Assembly (NCBI GenBank): GCA_947446285.1
Contig: CANFGH010000005.1
Location: 835-64,834, forward strand
DNA: 64,000 nucleotides
Direction: 5' to 3'
Origin: Chloroflexota bacterium
Lineage (GTDB): Bacteria; Chloroflexota; UBA11872; UBA12225
Within the stretch, counting starts at the first letter, position 1, and each line of letters starts with the position of its first letter. A program made the translations under genes and the position numbers. The notes beneath the pieces were generated by a model. The model was given only the letters and a program-made list of their open reading frames with translations, had not been told where the DNA came from and did not search any database. This document shows, in pieces, positions 9,969 through 17,937 of this stretch.

Positions 9969-10342
9969 TTCTGGGCCGTCTCGGCATTCTCGCCGGTGTC
10001 AAACGACTGGCCGCAGGCGCAACTCTTCTTCGCATTGGGATTCTGAACAGTAAAGCCTGCACCCATCAGACCCGCTACGAAGTCAATCTGGGAACCCTTG
10101 ACGAAACTCGCGCTGAACTCGTCAACGAAGACCTGCATGCCGGCGTAGTTGACGACGAAGTCACCGTCATCAGACTGTTCCTCTAGCGCCATTCCGTAGG
10201 AAAGACCGGAACAGCCACCTGGAGAGACGAAGACCCTCAAGCCAATGTCGTCGCGTTCCTCGGCCGCAATGAGCCGACGCAGTTCACTGGTCGCCTTTTC
10301 ACTGAGCGTCACCAACGGTTGTTCGGTAGTGGTCGTAGTCAT
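9959..10342 (-). CDS. iron-sulfur cluster insertion/A-type carrier protein (HesB/IscA/ErpA family)
   Basis: 127-aa ORF. FVSPGGCSGLSYGM and C-terminal SCACGQSF motifs (three conserved Cys). Short C-terminal tail. Confidence 0.85.
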   Translation of the reverse strand: MTTTTTEQPLVTLSEKATSELRRLIAAEERDDIGLRVFVSPGGCSGLSYGMALEEQSDDGDFVVNYAGMQVFVDEFSASFVKGSQIDFVAGLMGAGFTVQNPNAKKSCACGQSFDTGENAETAQKCS

Positions 10343-10391
10343 GCGTGATCTCCCAAGTACCTGTCCCTATCCTAGCAAAGGTGAGCAACCG

Positions 10392-11042
10392 ATGGTATCC
10401 ACCGAAACGGCCGAACGTGGGGAACCGTCCCGCGATGATGATGCATACACTTTGCGGGAGGGATATGGCGTGACGTCACCGCTGATCGAGATCCTCAAGG
10501 ACGAATTGACCGTGCAACGCGTCTTCCTTTCGTCCGACGAGGAACGCGCCCTTGACCGGATCGCTGAAGACACGGACGGCGGAGATCTCGCGTTCGAGCG
10601 CGTCAAGGCACGCCGGTACCTCTTCTATGCCGCGCTCAGGGACCGGTTCGTGTATGACGGCCGCCCGATCAGGCAATGGCTGGAGTGGATTGCCGCTGCT
10701 GAATCCACCGCAGGCGAAAAGCCAACCATCATCACCGTGCTCGCCACCCGTGTGATCGAATGGTCGATACGGGCGAGCGACCGCATGTCGATGCTCCTGG
10801 GATTCGCGACCGGACTGGTCCGGTGGTTTGCAATGTTCCTGCTTGCCCTTGGGGGGTGGGCATGGACGCGCGACTTCGCACCGGCATGGTGGGTGATTTG
10901 CGTCTTGGGCCTCTGCTTCTGGTTTGGCGCGAGGTTCCTCAAGCGGTTCACCGCCAACCATGTTTCAGGTGTCGTTGCAGCAACCCGTGATCGGTACGCT
11001 GACCCGGCGTCATCAGTGTCCGCCGGAACCGTGCGCTCATGA
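10392..11042 (+). CDS. hypothetical membrane protein
   Basis: ATG at 10392 lies within ORF 10245..11042; the upstream part overlaps the IscA-like gene on the opposite strand. Acidic soluble N-terminal half and two C-terminal TM helices (FAMFLLALGGWAW, WWVICVLGLCFWFGA). Confidence 0.5.
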   Translation: MVSTETAERGEPSRDDDAYTLREGYGVTSPLIEILKDELTVQRVFLSSDEERALDRIAEDTDGGDLAFERVKARRYLFYAALRDRFVYDGRPIRQWLEWIAAAESTAGEKPTIITVLATRVIEWSIRASDRMSMLLGFATGLVRWFAMFLLALGGWAWTRDFAPAWWVICVLGLCFWFGARFLKRFTANHVSGVVAATRDRYADPASSVSAGTVRS

Positions 11043-11058
11043 AGGCCGCGCGATGGGC

Positions 11059-11613
11059 CTACATGGCAGGCAGCATGGTCTCAAGCGCGGGCAGGTACGG
11101 CGCCCATGCTTCAGCCTCTTCACGGTTCTGCCGCTGCACGCCGGTGAAATACTGCGTGGCCGGAGGACGTCGTGGAGGGCGCGCCAGGCGCATCCGCGTC
11201 TCATCAAGACGCTTTCCACCCTTGCGGTGATTGCAGGGCCGACAGGCACTTACCAGGTTGTCCCAGACGTGGCGACCGCCAAGATGGCGGGGAAACACAT
11301 GGTCCAGGGTCAGTTCCCGACCTCTCAGGCCGCAGTACTGGCAGGTGTAGTCATCACGGATGAAGACCTCGCGACGGGTCAGCCTCACCTGCGCCCGAGG
11401 TCGCCGGACCAGATACTGCAACTTGATCACACTGGGGCGCGGAAACACTGCGCGCGCCGTCCGGATGTCCTCCATTCCTGACGCAAGGATCTCGGCCTTC
11501 CCCGCACCAACGAGGGCAACTGCACGGCCGAGACCACAGATATTCAAAGGTTCGTAGTTCAGGTTCAGGACGAGAACCACGTTACTCACGCGCGAACCCC
11601 TTGCCGGAATCAC
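11059..11613 (-). CDS. HNH endonuclease family protein
   Basis: 184-aa ORF. CQYCG ... DHVFPRHLGGRHVWDNLVSACRPCNHRKG HNH/zinc-finger motif. N-terminal VLVLNLNYEPL segment. Confidence 0.8.
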   Translation of the reverse strand: MIPARGSRVSNVVLVLNLNYEPLNICGLGRAVALVGAGKAEILASGMEDIRTARAVFPRPSVIKLQYLVRRPRAQVRLTRREVFIRDDYTCQYCGLRGRELTLDHVFPRHLGGRHVWDNLVSACRPCNHRKGGKRLDETRMRLARPPRRPPATQYFTGVQRQNREEAEAWAPYLPALETMLPAM

Positions 11614-11773
11614 CTAGCATGACGGCCACATGCTGCTGGCGGGCGGGTCACATCCGGTCCGACTGCACCATGATCGACGGGCATCCCCCTGATCGTCGCG
11701 AGTGTAGCACCGCCACCTGAAACATCGTGACGGACAACGCACGCATCTGCCAGATACCCTTCCATGGATCACG

Positions 11774-12679
11774 ATGTCGAGCCAGACGCTTGAAAAGATC
11801 ACCGTCGTCGTTGCCGTGGTTGTCCTTGGCGTTGCGCTGAGCGTCGGCGCAACCGGTTTGCCACTGCTCGGCCTCGCGTTCGCCATCGTCATCACGGTCT
11901 CTGCCGGGTTGGACCTGATCCTTCGCGGTGAGGCACGGCGGGGATCCACGGTAGAGCAGTTCATCCTGCCAAGCGCGTTAGTCTTCGGCGCCCTCTTCTT
12001 CCTGCCACTGCTTCCAACGGGCGCCCAGTTTGTCTTCGGCCTCGGCGGGTTCGGCGCCTTGACGTTCGCGGTCCTCTGGACTGAGTGGGCGCTCACGAGG
12101 CAGGTCCTCCGGCGCGACTACGGCGAGACAGTTCTCGCCCTCGCCGGGTACATCGCCGCATTCGTCTTGTACGGCGCGATTTACCAGACGCGAACACGCA
12201 GCCTGTTTTCGGCGACCGCAATCGTTGCGGTCACGATCCTGCTGAGCGCACGTCACCTCCGATTGACCCAGGTGGCGTTCCCCGACCGTACGCCGGAACC
12301 GACCCCAACGCTGGACATCACTACCCTGAGTGTGCCCGAACGCCTTCGCATGAGTGGGCGGTTCCCGGTCGTGAGGGCCCCGGATCTGACCGCAAGCGGT
12401 CGCTTCAGGACCCTCGCACCGTCGTGGCGTCGGACCATCCTCTATGCGTCCGTGACGGGGATCGGTGTCGGCGAAGTGACATGGGCGCTGAACTACTGGC
12501 CGCTCAACGGCCTGCAGGGAGGGGCATTTCTCCTAGCCGTTTACTACTTTTTCACCGGCATCCTCACGTATGCGCTGCACGCACGGCTACGCATGCGGGT
12601 CACTCTGGAATACGGGGTGATTACCCTGGCCGGGCTGCTCTTGATCGCGTTTCTTGGGCTGATGCCCCGAACCATCTGA
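11774..12679 (+). CDS. hypothetical polytopic membrane protein
   Basis: 301-aa ORF with about 7 predicted hydrophobic helices. No motif recognised. Confidence 0.55.
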   Translation: MSSQTLEKITVVVAVVVLGVALSVGATGLPLLGLAFAIVITVSAGLDLILRGEARRGSTVEQFILPSALVFGALFFLPLLPTGAQFVFGLGGFGALTFAVLWTEWALTRQVLRRDYGETVLALAGYIAAFVLYGAIYQTRTRSLFSATAIVAVTILLSARHLRLTQVAFPDRTPEPTPTLDITTLSVPERLRMSGRFPVVRAPDLTASGRFRTLAPSWRRTILYASVTGIGVGEVTWALNYWPLNGLQGGAFLLAVYYFFTGILTYALHARLRMRVTLEYGVITLAGLLLIAFLGLMPRTI

Positions 12680-12880
12680 TCAAGCGTTTGACCCGGCATC
12701 TCCCGGCCTGAGAAGACGTACGACCCGCCGTTCCAGTTCGCGTCGGGGAACCAGGACGCGATGGCCGCACGTGCCGCACCGCAGACCAATGTCCGCGCCC
12801 AGGCGGAATACAACCCAATCGGTCCCGCCGCACGGATGAGCCTTCTTCAGGCGCACCAGATCATCCAACTGGAATGCCAT
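12680..12880 (-). CDS. DUF951 family small protein
   Basis: 66-aa reading MAFQLDDLVRLKKAHPCGGTDWVVFRLGADIGLRCGTCGHRVLVPRRELERR..., a DUF951-like pattern with a CGG...C-x2-C zinc-ribbon-like motif. ATG at 12880. The longer track ORF (to 13270) overlaps pyrF. Confidence 0.7.
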   Translation of the reverse strand: MAFQLDDLVRLKKAHPCGGTDWVVFRLGADIGLRCGTCGHRVLVPRRELERRVVRLLRPGDAGSNA

Positions 12881-12954
12881 TGGCACCGACGGGTCGTACC
12901 GCGGCGCGCGCGGCGTTGCATCAAGTGCTGCCGCATCAATCACCGGTACCGGGA

Positions 12955-13800
12955 CTATCTCCCGCGACGAGCGTCGATCGCGGTCACCCGGGCGGCGTTG
13001 ATCCGATCCCGGATTTCCCGCGCCGCTGTCCGCGCGTCCTCCGCGAACCGCAACCCGCTTGAGGCGTACATGACCTGTCTGGCGACCACTACCAACAGCC
13101 CGTCCCCCGTCAGGTCCAGACCCGCCGCTACCGATGCCTCCAGATCGCCGCCCTGCGCGCCCACGCCCGGCAGCAGGATTGGTACGCCCGGCGCCACCGC
13201 GCGAACCCGCGCCAGTTGTGTCGGAGCCGTCGCCCCGACGACCAGTCCAATGTTCGCGTGCGATGTCCATGTCGGTACCTGTTCGGCCACACGCAGATAG
13301 AGTGGTTCTCCTCCAACGTCCAGTTCGGCAATGTCCGCCGCACCGGGGTTAGAGGTCCTGCAAAGTATGTACGTTCCCCGGTCAGCCCGGTCAAGGAACG
13401 GCAGCAATGCGTCTCGTCCAAGATACGGGCTGGCAGTCACCGCATCGAAACCGTACACGTCAAACATCGCCGTCGCGTAGAGGCGCATTGTGTGGTCGAT
13501 GTCACCACGCTTCGCATCAGCGATCACCGGCACACCATTCGGCACGTGTCGCACCGTCGCCCGCAGTGTTTCCATGCCTTCCGGACCGAGCGCCTCATAG
13601 AAGGCAAGGTTCGGCTTGTACGCCGCCACCAGATCGCAGGTGGCATCAATCAGTTCCTTGTTGAATGCCAGAATCGCCTCATGTGCCGGCAAGCCTCGGA
13701 GGTGGTCGGGGATCCGGTGCGGTTCCGGATCAAGACCGACACACAGGAGACTTTCATTCTCCCGCGACGCCTGCGCCAGACGCTCCATGTATGTCGTCAT
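12955..13800 (-). CDS. pyrF: orotidine 5'-phosphate decarboxylase (type 2)
   Basis: 281-aa ORF with LCVGLDP and IADAKRGDIDHT motifs. Its start overlaps the stop of the upstream kinase gene (ATGA). Confidence 0.9.
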   Translation of the reverse strand: MTTYMERLAQASRENESLLCVGLDPEPHRIPDHLRGLPAHEAILAFNKELIDATCDLVAAYKPNLAFYEALGPEGMETLRATVRHVPNGVPVIADAKRGDIDHTMRLYATAMFDVYGFDAVTASPYLGRDALLPFLDRADRGTYILCRTSNPGAADIAELDVGGEPLYLRVAEQVPTWTSHANIGLVVGATAPTQLARVRAVAPGVPILLPGVGAQGGDLEASVAAGLDLTGDGLLVVVARQVMYASSGLRFAEDARTAAREIRDRINAARVTAIDARRGR

Positions 13801-14504
13801 GTCAACTTCCTTCCCCGCCTTCCAGTTCCGGACTTCCGTCCACCGTCCGGCGTTCCAACGCCATCAAGACCACCTGGATCACCCCTGAGGAAACGGCTAA
13901 TCGCGTTCACCGCGTGCCAGGCGTCCGATCCGGTATCGACCACCAGGTCGAAATGCCCACCGTAATCCTCCGAAGCGGCCATCAATTGATGGATGTCCCA
14001 ACCTGCCTCGGAAGAAAATGACGGTGCGCGCCCAGCCTGGCGCTTGATCATCCGACGCCGGATCACCTCATCATCAGCCATGACGCGTACCAGCAGGTGC
14101 GTGGCGCCAGTCTCTCGCGCAATCGTCGAGAGCCTCCGCCGGCCCGTCCTGCGCCCATTCGTCCCGTCGAATATCACTGCATACCCATCGCGAAGCAGCG
14201 CCCTCACCACCGCGAAACAGGTCTGGTACACCGCGCTGCTTTCGACACGGGAATAGGTTGGGACAGGGAAGAGCACCTTCCTGACTTCATCGGTCCGGAC
14301 CACGACAGCCTGCGTTTCATCGTGAAGCTCACGCGCGAGGTGCGACTTGCCCGAACCGGGCAATCCTGCCAATGTGACCAGGGCCCGGGACATCGCGGTT
14401 GGCGCCGTGCCGGGGGCGTCCACAAACCCACGAACCGAGGCAACGCGTCTAGAAAGGGGTGGCACAGTGGTAGCGTCCAACCGCGACGCGAACGTGTTTG
14501 ACAT
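13797..14504 (-). CDS. P-loop (AAA_33-like) kinase/ATP-binding protein; true start probably Met at 14393
   Basis: Walker A LAGLPGSGKSHLAREL. Overall length and layout fit a small nucleotide/sugar-kinase-like P-loop protein. The first 37 aa of the track ORF look non-native. Confidence 0.7.
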   Translation of the reverse strand: MSNTFASRLDATTVPPLSRRVASVRGFVDAPGTAPTAMSRALVTLAGLPGSGKSHLARELHDETQAVVVRTDEVRKVLFPVPTYSRVESSAVYQTCFAVVRALLRDGYAVIFDGTNGRRTGRRRLSTIARETGATHLLVRVMADDEVIRRRMIKRQAGRAPSFSSEAGWDIHQLMAASEDYGGHFDLVVDTGSDAWHAVNAISRFLRGDPGGLDGVGTPDGGRKSGTGRRGRKLT

Positions 14505-14530
14505 CGGGCGACGCTACGGGGTCGCAGCCG

Positions 14531-14758
14531 TCAAGACGCCGATGCGTCTTCCTCCACCCGTGCCGCCCGACGAAGAAACCACATCGAACGTGCCAATTGC
14601 TCGGTGCACTCCCTGGTCACTTCGTAAGCCCGTTGAACCTGTTCCACATCTGAATCGGCAAGGAGGGTGATCGCGTGATCGAGACGTTCCGTCACGTGAG
14701 CGAGTGCCTCCCTGGCAATCTCCCGCGAGTGAGCGGGCCCGTGTTCCTTCTCCATCAA
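14531..14758 (-). CDS. hypothetical small helical protein
   Basis: 75-aa ORF, predicted all-helical and acidic. No motif recognised. Upstream of, and co-directional with, the P-loop kinase. Confidence 0.35.
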   Translation of the reverse strand: MMEKEHGPAHSREIAREALAHVTERLDHAITLLADSDVEQVQRAYEVTRECTEQLARSMWFLRRAARVEEDASAS

Positions 14759-15031
14759 TCACCGCCTCTCCGCATGCTCGATGCGCCTGCCTGAGTGTAA
14801 CGAACTCCCGAGGTCACCCAACTCATCCCTCGCACAGTCAGTGAAAAAAGGGGATTGCACCAAAGCCATGGCCGGAATCGCGAGGCCGTCCACGCAAAGC
14901 CTCAGGACCGGCGCAGTGGTTACAAGGAGGAGCCTTGGGCGGTCCGGAGACCTCGATGTCGGCTTCTCGACGCCTGCCCCCGGACGCACCACCCGGCTGA
15001 AACCGTCCGGCACTGCGGTATCCTTCGTGGC

Positions 15032-16261
15032 GTGGGAGATACCGACGCACCCCGGAACTTCGTGATCATTGGCAACGGTGTCGCCGGAACGACCGCGGCG
15101 GAGACGATCCGCAAGGGCGATGCCACCGCGCGCATCATTCTGATCGGCGATGAACCCCACCCCCTCTACAACCGGGTCGCCCTTCCAAAAGTTCTCAAGG
15201 GCATCACCGCCCCTGAGCGCACGTTCATCAAGACGGTCGCTTGGCACGCCGAGAACAACGTCGAACTGCTCCTGAATACGACGGTGGTGCGGATCGACCC
15301 CGAGCGACAGCTGATCGAAACCGATACCCACGGCGAATTCATCTACGACCGCCTCCTTGTGGCGACGGGTGGAACGCCAAACCTCCTGAATGTCGATGGC
15401 GCGCAAGACACCAGGGGGATTTATCACTTCCAGACCCTTGACGACACCACGACAATCCTTGGCCGCATCCGGAAGTCGAAGCATGCGATTGTCACCGGAG
15501 GCAGTTTCATCGCCTACGAACTGACCGAAGGCTTCCGTCACCACGGTGTGCGCACCACCTGGATGATCAGAGGCACACGGTTCCTGCACCGGATCCTTGA
15601 TGCCGAGGGTGGCGCCTTCGTTGACAAGCTTGCCAAGGCCGTCGGCGTGGAAACAGTCTACGGCGACGAAATCACTGGCGTGAATGCCGGCGAAGATGGC
15701 GAAATCACGTCTGTCAACTGCAAGTCAGGCGCAACCATCGATTGCGACCTCCTCGGTGCGGGCCTCGGTCTTCGCATGCGGACCGAGTGCCTGCGGGACA
15801 CCGGCGTGAAGGTCAATCGTGGGATTGTCACGAACGAGTTCCTTGAAACTTCGGTGCCGAACATCTACGCCGCTGGCGACGTTGCCGAGTTCTTCGACGT
15901 CTCAATCGGCACCCATAACCAGATGGGAACGTGGAACAACGCCGGTTCGCACGGCAAAACCGCCGGCGCGAACATGCTGGGCGCACGTCAGGAGTACCGT
16001 GAGGTGCCCTACTACACCAGCACGATGTTCGACAGCCAGATGGCCGCTATCGGCATCATGCCCGAGTCGGTTCCAACGATGGAAGCGCTGGGACGCATGA
16101 ACGAGGAACGAGGCGTCTACCGGCGCCTGTTCTTCCACGAAGGACGCCTCGCCGGGGCTGCACTCATCGGCGATATCCGGATTCGACGCCAACTGATGGA
16201 CATGATCCGCTCACAGCGTCAGGTAAGCAACGCCGAACGCGAGCAGCTTCTTAGCGTCTGA
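15032..16261 (+). CDS. FAD-dependent pyridine nucleotide-disulfide oxidoreductase family protein
   Basis: FAD Rossmann motif VIIGNGVAGTTAAE, second dinucleotide fold VTGGSFIAYE, and the AAGDVAEF motif. The track ORF starts at 14855 but its first ~59 aa look non-native. GTG at 15032 is chosen; the start is uncertain. Confidence 0.8.
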   Translation: MGDTDAPRNFVIIGNGVAGTTAAETIRKGDATARIILIGDEPHPLYNRVALPKVLKGITAPERTFIKTVAWHAENNVELLLNTTVVRIDPERQLIETDTHGEFIYDRLLVATGGTPNLLNVDGAQDTRGIYHFQTLDDTTTILGRIRKSKHAIVTGGSFIAYELTEGFRHHGVRTTWMIRGTRFLHRILDAEGGAFVDKLAKAVGVETVYGDEITGVNAGEDGEITSVNCKSGATIDCDLLGAGLGLRMRTECLRDTGVKVNRGIVTNEFLETSVPNIYAAGDVAEFFDVSIGTHNQMGTWNNAGSHGKTAGANMLGARQEYREVPYYTSTMFDSQMAAIGIMPESVPTMEALGRMNEERGVYRRLFFHEGRLAGAALIGDIRIRRQLMDMIRSQRQVSNAEREQLLSV

Positions 16262-16280
16262 CCGCTGCCCACGACGGTTA

Positions 16281-16307
16281 GGGTTCAAAGCGCCGTGCTT
16301 TGAACCC
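16281..16307 (+). terminator. perfect 11-bp stem hairpin downstream of the oxidoreductase gene
   Basis: GGGTTCAAAGC-gccgt-GCTTTGAACCC, 20 nt after the stop at 16261. No clean U-tract follows (gcgtatcccttt). Confidence 0.5.
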
Positions 16308-16368
16308 GCGTATCCCTTTGACATCCCGGGCATCTACCAGCTGTGACATCCCACTCTGAGGTGTTGCG

Positions 16369-17937
16369 GTGGGCGGGTACCGGTATCCTGCCGCCGTGAG
16401 CGCAACTACCACCCCTCAGTACATTGGTCTGGACGTCGGCACGACCTCCCTGAAGGGTGCGTTAATCGACGCAACCGGCACATTCCTCGCCACTGCGAGT
16501 GTCTCGTATGGCGTGTCGAGGCCCCGTCCGGGGTGGTCGGAACAAGACCCCGCAGACTACGCATCAGCGGCCATCCAGTGCATCCGTGAACTCGTCGCTT
16601 CGCCCCACGCCGACCCATCGCGAATTGCGTCCCTGTGCAGTTCAGGTCAGGCACCAACACTCGTCCTTCTAGACCGTGACCACAAGCCAATCCGGCCCGC
16701 AATCCTTTGGCAGGACACCAGGGCCGCGGCCGAAGCCGCCGAGTTGTCGAAAGCTGCGGGATCGGTTGCACTGGATGACCTGCTCGGAATGCGGTGGCCG
16801 GTCGATGCGTCGTGGCCCCTCGCCCGAGGCCGGTGGCTTGCACGGCACGAACCCGACACGATTGCCCGCTTGGCGCACATCCTTCTGCCCAAGGACTACG
16901 TGCACTTCGTCCTGACCGGATCAATGCGCACCGATGCCTGGTCGGCAAAAGGTCTGGTCCACCAAGGAACCCTGCATCCGATCAGCGGGATGCGTGATCT
17001 GGGGGATCTCCCTCCAGAGGCCGTCCCGGTCGCCGGCACACCACGCGACGTCGTCGGGACGATCACCGCCGACGTCGCACGTGTCACCGGACTTCCAACG
17101 GGGCTTCGGGTGGTGTGCGGGTGGTCCGATGCGATGGCCGCCATGCTTGGATCTGGCGCCTTCGGTCATGCCGGAACCGCGTGTGACGTCTCCGGCACAT
17201 CGGAGGTGACTGGGGTCACGGTCCCATCCGAGGCGCAAGACACCGGCCCCCTGATGACGGCCCGAATTGTCGATACCGGCCGATGGATCCTGTACGGGCC
17301 GACCCAAGCAAGTGGCGCATCCCTCGGCTGGATCATGCGCACCGTGAACGTTCCTGTGGAAGACACCTCTCCGGACGCACGGCAAGCGGCCGCCCTCGCC
17401 CTGGCGGCAACGGTCGAGCCCGGCGCCGGAGGACTGACCTTCCTTCCCTATCTCGAGGGTGAGCGCGCACCCATCTGGAACCCCCGTGCCCGTGGTGCGT
17501 TCACTGGTCTTTCAATCAGTAGCGAACCTGGTCACCTCATCCGGGCGGTCCTTGAGGGTGTCGCGTGCTCAGTGCGACACATTCTGGAGTACGCGGTCCA
17601 ATACGGGCACACACCAATTCGAGAGGTCCGGGTAGCCGGGGGCGGGGCACGCGCCCAACTATGGAACCAGATAAAGGCCGACCTTACAGGCCTCGACTTC
17701 CGCCCATGCGCGACGACTGAGAATGGCGTGCTTGGCAGCGCCATGCTCGGTGCCGTCGGGGTTGGCGACTTCCCGGACCTGTCTGTCGCAGGTGACGCAA
17801 TGGTCCACCTTGGGCAAACCGTCCACCCCGACCCTGCCAGCCGCGAAATCTACGACGAACTGTTCCGGCGTTATGTCGGCCTCTATCCCGCGATCAGCGG
17901 GGTGACCGCAAGCCGTTCTGACCTGCATGGGGGCTAG
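16369..17937 (+). CDS. FGGY-family carbohydrate kinase (xylulokinase-like)
   Basis: 522-aa ORF. N-terminal IGLDVGTTSLKG actin-fold phosphate motif and a C-terminal FGGY_C-like GGGARAQLWNQIKADL. Confidence 0.85.
   Translation: MGGYRYPAAVSATTTPQYIGLDVGTTSLKGALIDATGTFLATASVSYGVSRPRPGWSEQDPADYASAAIQCIRELVASPHADPSRIASLCSSGQAPTLVLLDRDHKPIRPAILWQDTRAAAEAAELSKAAGSVALDDLLGMRWPVDASWPLARGRWLARHEPDTIARLAHILLPKDYVHFVLTGSMRTDAWSAKGLVHQGTLHPISGMRDLGDLPPEAVPVAGTPRDVVGTITADVARVTGLPTGLRVVCGWSDAMAAMLGSGAFGHAGTACDVSGTSEVTGVTVPSEAQDTGPLMTARIVDTGRWILYGPTQASGASLGWIMRTVNVPVEDTSPDARQAAALALAATVEPGAGGLTFLPYLEGERAPIWNPRARGAFTGLSISSEPGHLIRAVLEGVACSVRHILEYAVQYGHTPIREVRVAGGGARAQLWNQIKADLTGLDFRPCATTENGVLGSAMLGAVGVGDFPDLSVAGDAMVHLGQTVHPDPASREIYDELFRRYVGLYPAISGVTASRSDLHGG

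Noticed and set aside
12680-13270. 196-aa version of the ORF containing the DUF951 sequence.
   Set aside because: The N-terminal 130 aa are Gly/Arg-rich low complexity and overlap the 3' part of pyrF in another frame. Only the terminal 66 aa, from ATG 12880, match the DUF951 pattern.
13797-14758. Small helical protein followed by a P-loop kinase, superficially like an epsilon/zeta toxin-antitoxin pair.
   Set aside because: The kinase looks like a generic AAA_33-type small kinase. Its stop overlaps the pyrF start (ATGA), which suggests a housekeeping operon. With the likely kinase start at 14393, about 137 nt separate the two genes. I cannot verify any zeta-specific motif by eye.
14759-15589. 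Long ORFs in the track that lie antisense to, or in an alternate frame of, confidently identified genes. Examples: 14759..15589(-), 25606..26418(-), 33970..34929(-), 35434..36390(+), 45592..46461(-), 54573..55517(+), 57228..58382(+), 62896..63612(+), 16406..16948(-), 12085..12711(+), 19995..20705(+).
   Set aside because: Each overlaps a gene with clear family motifs on the other strand or frame. Their translations are Arg/Pro/Gly/His-rich with no motifs. Long spurious ORFs are expected in GC-rich DNA because stop codons are AT-rich.
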